Source: Nostoc sp. PCC 7120 = FACHB-418 (GTDB taxonomy: Bacteria > Cyanobacteriota > Cyanobacteriia > Cyanobacteriales > Nostocaceae). Taken from it: DNA of 32,000 nt. Below are positions 8,176-14,257 of the stretch, in pieces. The DNA lies in NCBI RefSeq assembly GCF_000009705.1, contig NC_003272.1, positions 2,310,001 to 2,342,000 on the forward strand. Direction: 5' to 3'. The number at the start of each line of letters is the position of its first letter. The first letter of the stretch is position 1. Position numbers and translations under genes: made by a program. The notes beneath the pieces were generated by a model that was not told the DNA's origin, did no database searches, and was given only the letters and a program-made list of their open reading frames with translations.

Positions 8176-9348
8176 TTAAACCTGAGACAAACTTACAGGA
8201 GAGAGGTCTGATAACTGGACACCAAAAATTGTTTGCACTGATGCTTCTGGACGACACAGCAAACTTTTGGCGACTTGTAGCATACAAATACCCACATTAC
8301 CGAAGGTTTTTTCGTACTGGAGTTGAGCCTGAATAGCAGTAACGAGTGCTAAACCGCAAAATTGCATGACTCGTTGTAGGAAGTCGGGATGATGTTCTAA
8401 GATTTCTGGGAAATGAGTAAGATAAGCCGTCACCAACTCTCTTATTGAAGGTTGGAGAACGTACAAAGGGGTGGCAGCTAAACGTAACGACTCCTCAATG
8501 GCAATTGATTTACCAGTTACCAAGCTGTATAACCAAATTTGCAAGTAGCTGGCAATGAGTGTTCCTAAATCGTTAGCAGGGTCTCCCCAGTTACCACGTT
8601 CCCAGTCAATGAAGCGCACCATATTTTCATCACTCATATCTTCCCAATTGAGGGAGACGAGGATATTGTTTAACTTCAGGTCATTATGGGTAAGACAGCA
8701 GGGAGTAAAACTGTTGATTAATTGTGCGATCGCCTGTCCCAAACTATCGTAAAGTTGATATAGGGCAAAAAATCTCAGACCATCAGCAGGAACCTTACCA
8801 AATATCTCTGGAGTTAGTCTATCTAATCCTCGATTTAGATGAGGTGTTCTTGGGTTAGATTTACTCTCACCAGGATTTTGAAAGAAATCTCGATATTCTT
8901 CACAGTTAAATGAGGTGCGATGAATCAACGCCAAAGTAGTCCCGACTGCATTAGCAAGCTGGGTGGGAAATAAATTTAAATTCTCTTTAATGTAAAAATC
9001 CATCAAATCTTGATAGTTATCAAGATAGTTGAAAATGATAATAGAATTTTCCCAATTAAAGTATATCGCTTCTGATAAATAGGAACGTATGTGGTTAATT
9101 TCTGGAAATCTGCTAACAAAATCATGAATGCGCCATTCCAGAACAAACTCACCAGTCGTCTTTCCTTCTAAGTTATGACGTTCTTGTTTAACTAGTAGTT
9201 TTCTTTCTTCTGGGAAAGTAATTAATAAATTAAAATTCTTTGCTGGTTTCAGTTCAACTTTACTCGACGCTCCTTCCTCAAGAGTACACAAGTTTAAAGA
9301 AATTAAGTAATCACATACATTTTGAGAGTTGAGGATAAATGGTGGCAT
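8176..9348 (-). CDS. Aminoglycoside-phosphotransferase (APH)/choline-kinase-fold kinase
   Basis: Catalytic loop LTHNDLKLNNILV (HxDxxxxN), metal-binding FIDWERGNWGDPANDLG, and a candidate beta3 lysine in LLVKQE. Confidence 0.8.
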   Translation of the reverse strand: MPPFILNSQNVCDYLISLNLCTLEEGASSKVELKPAKNFNLLITFPEERKLLVKQERHNLEGKTTGEFVLEWRIHDFVSRFPEINHIRSYLSEAIYFNWENSIIIFNYLDNYQDLMDFYIKENLNLFPTQLANAVGTTLALIHRTSFNCEEYRDFFQNPGESKSNPRTPHLNRGLDRLTPEIFGKVPADGLRFFALYQLYDSLGQAIAQLINSFTPCCLTHNDLKLNNILVSLNWEDMSDENMVRFIDWERGNWGDPANDLGTLIASYLQIWLYSLVTGKSIAIEESLRLAATPLYVLQPSIRELVTAYLTHFPEILEHHPDFLQRVMQFCGLALVTAIQAQLQYEKTFGNVGICMLQVAKSLLCRPEASVQTIFGVQLSDLSPVSLSQV

Positions 9349-9490
9349 ATATTTAAGATGAGTTACAACATTTATATCTAAATATTTGTAGGGTTGGTTT
9401 CGCCCAACGCACTTGATCTAAGGCTACAAGTCTTTAAGTCTGCAATGGCTTTCCTCTGTATATTTCAAAAATCTAATACTAGCTCTATAT

Positions 9491-9712
9491 CTATTTATGA
9501 CTATTGCCAATATATGAATTAACTATTTTTAGGATGGTAGCAATAGCAAATGATATTGTGATAAATCGAAATATTTTTTCTGCTAAGATAAATATTTGAT
9601 TATATGAATACTGATTACCGCCGTATATTAATCCAGATTCTTCATAATTTAGGTCGGTTAGAAAATTTTCTGAATCATGAGAATGTAATTCAGAAACAAT
9701 TATTTTCGCCAT
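9491..9712 (-). CDS. Divergent double-glycine-leader precursor peptide (P6), hydrophobic Cys-free core
   Basis: From the internal Met: MAKIIVSELHSHDSENFLTDLNYEESGLIYGG | NQYSYNQIFILAEKIFRFITISFAIATILKIVNSYIGNSHK. The leader layout parallels the five upstream copies (I.V.EL...SE.FL.DLN...GG, then N.YS.N). It is very AT-rich and has no obvious SD. Confidence 0.5.
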   Translation of the reverse strand: MAKIIVSELHSHDSENFLTDLNYEESGLIYGGNQYSYNQIFILAEKIFRFITISFAIATILKIVNSYIGNSHK

Positions 9713-9843
9713 TTTAGAAAAATGCAAAAATTTGACATTGATTAAATACACTCTATATTAGATAATTTTATTGGTTTAAGAAAAAACCAAAAAATAGTTT
9801 ACTTTTACTCACAGAAAAAGACTGTAATTTGATGGAATTTATA

Positions 9844-9873
9844 AGCGATTAAACATGATATTGCTTAATCGCT
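9844..9873 (-). promoter_or_regulatory. Conserved hairpin AGCGATTAA-N12-TTAATCGCT upstream of P6
   Basis: A 9-bp perfect inverted repeat from the same sequence family as the hairpins preceding P1-P5. Confidence 0.6.
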
Positions 9874-9910
9874 GATGCCATAATCTTAACAGAATTATTG
9901 ATTTGAGTTT

Positions 9911-10144
9911 TTATGCAGCAGAACTGAAAGAACGAGCCAAGTGTCCAATGGCATCGATACCATAGGTAATGACACCAAACTCAAATCCCTTCACGGCTAA
10001 GTCTAAAACTCCATTTGTGGTATTGGAATAATTACCACCATGAACAGAATTATCAAGATTGTTTAATTCGTTGAGGAAGCTTTCAGAATCTTGGAATAAT
10101 TCTGTACCAGTAGCTTGTAATTCATTAACAGCAATAAACGCCAT
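9911..10144 (-). CDS. Double-glycine-leader precursor peptide P5 (core ...HLARSFSSAA)
   Basis: Leader MAFIAVNELQATGTELFQDSESFLNELNNLDNSVHGG, then a 40-aa Cys-free core. AGGAG lies 6 nt upstream of the ATG. It differs from its paralogs almost only at synonymous sites. Confidence 0.8.
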   Translation of the reverse strand: MAFIAVNELQATGTELFQDSESFLNELNNLDNSVHGGNYSNTTNGVLDLAVKGFEFGVITYGIDAIGHLARSFSSAA

Positions 10145-10187
10145 GATGGACTCCTAAAACTATTTTGGTTTTGAGTAGAAAGTGCAG

Positions 10188-10215
10188 GCGATTAAGAAAT
10201 ACAAAACTTAATCGC
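10188..10215 (-). promoter_or_regulatory. Conserved intercistronic hairpin GCGATTAAG-N10-CTTAATCGC, 43 nt upstream of the P5 start
   Basis: A perfect 9-bp stem. Identical stems occur at 10531-10558, 10874-10901 and 11251-11278. No T-tract follows on the - strand. Confidence 0.7.
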
Positions 10216-10253
10216 TCATGCCACAATTGCAAGAAATCCGTTTATCTTAGTAT

Positions 10254-10487
10254 TTACGCAGCAGAACTGAAGGACTTAGCTAGGTGTCCAATAGCATCAA
10301 TACCATAAGTGATAACACCAAACTCAAATCCTTTCACGGCTAAGTCTAAAACTCCATTTGTGGTATTGGAATAATTACCACCATGAACAGAATTATCAAG
10401 ATTGTTTAATTCGTTGAGGAAGCTTTCAGAATCTTGGAACAATTCTGCACCAGTAGCTGGTAATTCATTAACAGCAATAAACGCCAT
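10254..10487 (-). CDS. Double-glycine-leader precursor peptide P4 (leader variants Q10P, T14A)
   Basis: A 343-bp-shifted copy of 10597-10830 with 3 nt differences. It has the same RBS and the same core NYSNTTNGVLDLAVKGFEFGVITYGIDAIGHLAKSFSSAA. Confidence 0.8.
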   Translation of the reverse strand: MAFIAVNELPATGAELFQDSESFLNELNNLDNSVHGGNYSNTTNGVLDLAVKGFEFGVITYGIDAIGHLAKSFSSAA

Positions 10488-10530
10488 GATGGACTCCTAA
10501 AACTATTTTGGTTTTGAGTAGAAAGTGCAG

Positions 10531-10558
10531 GCGATTAAGAATTGCAAAACTTAATCGC
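10531..10558 (-). promoter_or_regulatory. Conserved intercistronic hairpin upstream of P4
   Basis: GCGATTAAG-aattgcaaaa-CTTAATCGC. Confidence 0.7.
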
Positions 10559-10596
10559 TCATGCCACAATTGCAAGAAATCCGTTTATCTTAGTAT

Positions 10597-10830
10597 TTAC
10601 GCAGCAGAACTGAAGGACTTAGCTAGGTGTCCAATAGCATCAATACCATAAGTGATAACACCAAACTCAAATCCTTTCACGGCTAAGTCTAAAACTCCAT
10701 TTGTGGTATTGGAATAATTACCACCATGAACAGAATTATCAAGATTGTTTAATTCGTTGAGGAAGCTTTCAGAATCTTGGAATAATTCTGTACCAGTAGC
10801 TTGTAATTCATTAACAGCAATAAACGCCAT
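10597..10830 (-). CDS. Double-glycine-leader precursor peptide P3
   Basis: Same architecture as P4/P5, with AGGAG 6 nt upstream of the ATG. Confidence 0.8.
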   Translation of the reverse strand: MAFIAVNELQATGTELFQDSESFLNELNNLDNSVHGGNYSNTTNGVLDLAVKGFEFGVITYGIDAIGHLAKSFSSAA

Positions 10831-10873
10831 GATGGACTCCTAAAACTATTTTGGTTTTGAGTAGGAAGTGCAG

Positions 10874-10901
10874 GCGATTAAGAATTGCAAAACTTAATCG
10901 C
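10874..10901 (-). promoter_or_regulatory. Conserved intercistronic hairpin upstream of P3
   Basis: GCGATTAAG-aattgcaaaa-CTTAATCGC. Confidence 0.7.
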
Positions 10902-10961
10902 TCATGCCACAATTGCAACAGAGCTATTTTGCTCAGTTTTCACACAGTCAGTAATGAAAAT

Positions 10962-11207
10962 TTAGTAATAACCGTTACCAGCATCACTGTAGGACTTAGC
11001 TAGGTGTCCAATGGCATCGATACCATAGGTGATGACACCAAACTCAAATCCTTTTTCAGCCAAGTCTAAAACTCCATTGGTAGTTTTAGAATAATTACCA
11101 CCATGAACAGAATTATCAAGATTGTTCAATTCGTTGAGGAAGCTTTCAGAATCTTGGAATAATTCTGTACCAGTAGCTTGTAATTCATTAACAGCAATAA
11201 ACGCCAT
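10962..11207 (-). CDS. Double-glycine-leader precursor peptide P2 (core variant N4K, V13E, C-terminus SYSDAGNGYY)
   Basis: Same leader as P3-P5 with a core carrying an alternative C-terminal tail, and the same RBS. Confidence 0.8.
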   Translation of the reverse strand: MAFIAVNELQATGTELFQDSESFLNELNNLDNSVHGGNYSKTTNGVLDLAEKGFEFGVITYGIDAIGHLAKSYSDAGNGYY

Positions 11208-11250
11208 GATGGACTCCTAAAACTATTTTGGTTTTGAGTAGGAAGTGCAG

Positions 11251-11278
11251 GCGATTAAGAATTGCAAAACTTAATCGC
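11251..11278 (-). promoter_or_regulatory. Conserved intercistronic hairpin upstream of P2
   Basis: GCGATTAAG-aattgcaaaa-CTTAATCGC. Confidence 0.7.
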
Positions 11279-11338
11279 TCATGCCACGATTGCAACAGAG
11301 CTATTTTGCTCAGTTTTTACACAGTCAGTAATGGAAAT

Positions 11339-11590
11339 TTAGTAATAACCGTTACCAGCGTCACTGTAGGACTTAGCTAGGTGTCCAATGGCATCGATAC
11401 CATAGGTGATAACACCAAACTCAAATCCCTTCACAGCTAAGTCTAAAACTCCATTTGTGGTATTGGAATAGTTATAGCCACCACCATGAACAGAATTGTC
11501 AAGATTATTCAACTCGTTGAGGAAGCTTTCAGAATCTTGGAATAATTCTGCACCAGTAGCTTGTAATTCTTTAACAGCAATAAACGCCAT
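11339..11590 (-). CDS. Double-glycine-leader precursor peptide P1 (core begins GYNYSNTT, C-terminus SYSDAGNGYY)
   Basis: The start is taken at the MAFIAV Met (ATG 11590-11588), as in the paralogs, rather than the track's upstream Met at 11608. Confidence 0.78.
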   Translation of the reverse strand: MAFIAVKELQATGAELFQDSESFLNELNNLDNSVHGGGYNYSNTTNGVLDLAVKGFEFGVITYGIDAIGHLAKSYSDAGNGYY

Positions 11591-11630
11591 GATGGACTCC
11601 TGAAACAATGTTTGTGTTTAGCGAATTCCG

Positions 11631-11663
11631 TCAACGATTAAGTTTGTTTTGCTTAACCGTTGA
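11631..11663 (-). promoter_or_regulatory. Related 5'-UTR hairpin upstream of P1 (12-bp stem, one mismatch)
   Basis: TCAACGATTAAG-tttgttttg-CTTAACCGTTGA, which shares the CGATTAAG/CTTAA core with the intercistronic hairpins. Confidence 0.6.
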
Positions 11664-12084
11664 TTCAATTTTTATTGATCTTTTTTAGGGAAATCAAGCC
11701 TAAAACTTCAATCAGCAAGACATAAATAAATTCCATATGTCTGTTTTTCATGTTTACATTACCTAAAATTAAAGCTTGCTAACTGTGATAATCTGCGGCA
11801 CAATATTTTGTGAAAAATATAGTATTGTAATTCAACGCTTCAACTTAGTTCGCCAAGCTATTGCTGCACTTGTAAACTGATAAAAGCAACTGATAACTAA
11901 CACCAATGTGAAAAAGAACGAACGCGACAGATATATTAACAGACTTGGAAGCATTGTGTTGTCAGGGTTTTATCTGAACTAGATGTCCTAATCTATCTGG
12001 CTAGGGCTATAACACTCCAAAATTCTTATTCTGCTTGGCTTACCTAATTTTGAATTTTGAATTGGTATCACACGCACTCGCGTA

Positions 12085-12130
12085 ATAAAAAATCGTGTAT
12101 TTTGATAAAAACTAATATCAAAATACACGA
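12085..12130 (-). terminator. Rho-independent terminator of the 85-aa gene
   Basis: A perfect 15-bp stem (12093-12107 / 12116-12130: TCGTGTATTTTGATA / TATCAAAATACACGA) with an 8-nt loop. On the - strand it is followed by TTTTTTATTA, and it starts 34 nt after the stop at 12164. Confidence 0.75.
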
Positions 12131-12163
12131 CATCATAAATATTAGGTTGTAATTAACAAACAA

Positions 12164-12421
12164 TCATGAATTAATACCAAGCTGTTGTCGCAGGTCTTGA
12201 ATTTGTAATTCTAGTGAATCCATCCATCGATCAAGAGTTCCATTAGTATCATTCAATGTGGGTGGTGTTGACTCTTCTGACGGTTCAGCAACTCGATTTC
12301 TTCTACCGCCATATCTTCTTTCCAAGCCTGCATACACAGACTTCAGTTCCCAAGTAGTGAGGTCTTTCAATGATTTTCCTTCATCATCGGGGGAAAGATC
12401 AGAAATTGTTATTCTTACCAT
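12164..12421 (-). CDS. Small hydrophilic protein with double-glycine-type leader-like N-terminus
   Basis: MVRITISDLSPDDEGKSLKDLTTWELKSVYAG resembles the cyanobacterial ISDL...L.DLT..EL..V.GG leader layout (AG instead of GG). AAGAGG lies 8 nt upstream of the ATG, and the gene has its own terminator. It has no Cys and a charged C-terminal part. Confidence 0.55.
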   Translation of the reverse strand: MVRITISDLSPDDEGKSLKDLTTWELKSVYAGLERRYGGRRNRVAEPSEESTPPTLNDTNGTLDRWMDSLELQIQDLRQQLGINS

Positions 12422-12631
12422 TTGCTTGCCTCTTTCAATACGATTATATCGGTTAGCTCGTTACAGGGATTTTCCCTAATCGGAAAGATGGGAAGTCCTG
12501 CCTTATATTTTGATTTGTCCTTGAGAAAAATCAATATTTTTAGGCTAGATTTATAGACATAATTCAAGTATTTGTGTCTATAAAAGCTGATTTTGTATAA
12601 CGGTGAAGCTGCTTTGTCTTCGTCAAAACAG

Positions 12632-12663
12632 TAATCCCAGGTTCTCTAGAGAACCTGGGATTA
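12632..12663 (-). terminator. 32-nt perfect palindrome, terminator-like hairpin downstream of the M16 peptidase pair
   Basis: TAATCCCAGGTTCTCT|AGAGAACCTGGGATTA lies 39 nt after the stop at 12703. On the - strand it is followed by CTGTTTTG. Confidence 0.55.
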
Positions 12664-12702
12664 TCACTCATTTATAGGAATCCGATTTGATGATCTCAAC
12701 TA

Positions 12703-14241
12703 TTAATTCTGCGCTTGTTGTGGTGGACTAGGAATTGTCACATCAATTGGTGTGACTTGAGCAGCTAATTGAGTTAACGGTGGTTGAATAGCGGTTTGAT
12801 TACCCACCACCAGAGTTACAAGATTATCTGGTTTGAGGTATTGCTTGGCTACCCGTTGCACATCAGCTATGGTGGTGGCGGCTACGGCTTTTTGATAGCG
12901 GAAGAGAAAATCAGCCGGATAGCCGTAATATTCATAGCGCATCAATCGGGATAGGGTTTGGCTGGGGTCTTGGAAGTTGAATACAAAAGAATTGAGAGTA
13001 GACTCTTTAGCACGGGCTAATTCTTCTGCTGTTACTGGTTGGGCTTGGATGCGTTTTATTTCCGCTTGTAAGGCTTTGACGAACTGCACAGTCGCATCGG
13101 AACGGGTTTGTCCACCAGCCATGAACATCCCAGGATAGTCAAAGCGGGGACTCCAGTAACCATATACAGAATAGGCTAAACCTTGACGCGATCGCACTTC
13201 ATTAAATAAACGTCCCCCAAAACCATTTAACACCCCATTCAATACATCCAATGCTGCATAGTCGGGGTTATCGAATTTACCCCCCAAATGCCCAACTAAA
13301 ATACTACTTTGGGTAAGTTGGGGCTGATTGACGAAAAACACACCACCTGTATTTGCTGGGGAGACTTTTGGTAAAGTTGGTTTAGTAAATTGTGGGTTAC
13401 GCGCCCAGTTACCCAACTTAGCTTGAATGAGCGATCGCATTTTTTTAGCATCAAAATCTCCCACAATGCCCAAAATCATATTATTGGGGTGGAAATACTT
13501 TTGGTGGAACTGTACCAAATCTTCACGAGCGATCGCGTTAATAGTGGCATACTCTGTAATACGACCATAGGGACTATCCTTGCCATAAATCAGCTTGCGA
13601 AATTCCCTAGAAGCAATACCATCAGGATCATCATTGCGGCGAGCGATACCACCTTTAGCTTGAGTTTTCGCCAAATCTAGTTTAGCTTGAGCAAACACTG
13701 GCGATCGCAACACCTCAGCAAATAGCCCAAATACTGTTTCCACATCTTCACTCAGCGCCTCAAAACTAGCGCTACCCGCCGCCTCACCAATATTCACTTC
13801 TACAGATGCGGCACGTTGTTCTAATATTTGATTCAAATCATCAGGTGAATGCTGCTTAGTTCCACCAGTCCGCATCACGCCACCGGTAAAGCTAGCCAAT
13901 CCCACTTTATCTGCTGGTTCCCAACGACTCCCAGTCCTGACTAGTGCGGTACCACCAATTAAAGGTAGTTCCCTATCCTCCATGAGATAGACAACCAAGC
14001 CATTCTGCAACACAAACCGTTCGTACTTGGGTAACTTCACCTCCGGTAAGGGCGCAAACTGCAACTCTGTGTAGTGTTTGGCTGCTGCTGTCGCCGTCAG
14101 CGAAAAGTTAAAAGTTACAGCTAAAAAGGCAAAAATAGCCACCAATGCCACAATAAACCTTTTGCCTTTTGCCATTTTGAATTTTAGATTTCTAATTTTG
14201 AATTGTTTACGCCTGTGCATATCTGTTGCTGCTTTCCTCAT
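12703..14241 (-). CDS. M16-family peptidase, non-catalytic-type subunit (no HxxEH motif), secreted
   Basis: It has pitrilysin-fold length and pattern. The position equivalent to the zinc motif reads GLASFTGGVM. There is a signal-anchor FIVALVAIFAFLAVTFNFSLTATAAA. An alternative start is ATG 14175 (MAKGKRF). Confidence 0.8.
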   Translation of the reverse strand: MRKAATDMHRRKQFKIRNLKFKMAKGKRFIVALVAIFAFLAVTFNFSLTATAAAKHYTELQFAPLPEVKLPKYERFVLQNGLVVYLMEDRELPLIGGTALVRTGSRWEPADKVGLASFTGGVMRTGGTKQHSPDDLNQILEQRAASVEVNIGEAAGSASFEALSEDVETVFGLFAEVLRSPVFAQAKLDLAKTQAKGGIARRNDDPDGIASREFRKLIYGKDSPYGRITEYATINAIAREDLVQFHQKYFHPNNMILGIVGDFDAKKMRSLIQAKLGNWARNPQFTKPTLPKVSPANTGGVFFVNQPQLTQSSILVGHLGGKFDNPDYAALDVLNGVLNGFGGRLFNEVRSRQGLAYSVYGYWSPRFDYPGMFMAGGQTRSDATVQFVKALQAEIKRIQAQPVTAEELARAKESTLNSFVFNFQDPSQTLSRLMRYEYYGYPADFLFRYQKAVAATTIADVQRVAKQYLKPDNLVTLVVGNQTAIQPPLTQLAAQVTPIDVTIPSPPQQAQN

Positions 14242-14257
14242 ATTTGCGGTGTATTAC

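Larger units (their letters stand above)
9844..11663 (-). repeat. Tandem array of gene-plus-spacer units (periods 343, 343, 365, 377 bp)
   Basis: ORF stops at 9911, 10254, 10597, 10962 and 11339. Each unit comprises a hairpin, the conserved spacer ...aaaaccaaaatagttttAGGAGtccatcATG, and a precursor gene. Confidence 0.9.

Noticed and set aside
6010-8752. ORFs 6010-6210(-), 8555-8752(+) and, further on, 12258-12479(+)
   Set aside because: They lie antisense to the PPIase, the kinase and the 85-aa gene, and have no independent support.
9911-11590. Calling the cluster a (class V) lanthipeptide cluster
   Set aside because: No precursor, including P6 and the 85-aa peptide, contains cysteine, so lanthionine or AviCys rings are impossible. 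Only the dehydratase-like logic is shared.
9844-11663. Regularly spaced repeats that could at first glance suggest a CRISPR array
   Set aside because: The repeat unit is 343-377 bp and contains a complete RBS plus a 77-83-codon ORF under purifying selection. There are no 25-40-nt repeats alternating with unique spacers and no cas genes.
12164-12421. PatS/HetN-type RGSGR heterocyst-inhibitor motif in the 85-aa peptide
   Set aside because: The sequence is RYGGRR, which differs at two of the five positions of RGSGR. No exact RGSGR or RGTGR occurs in any ORF of the island.
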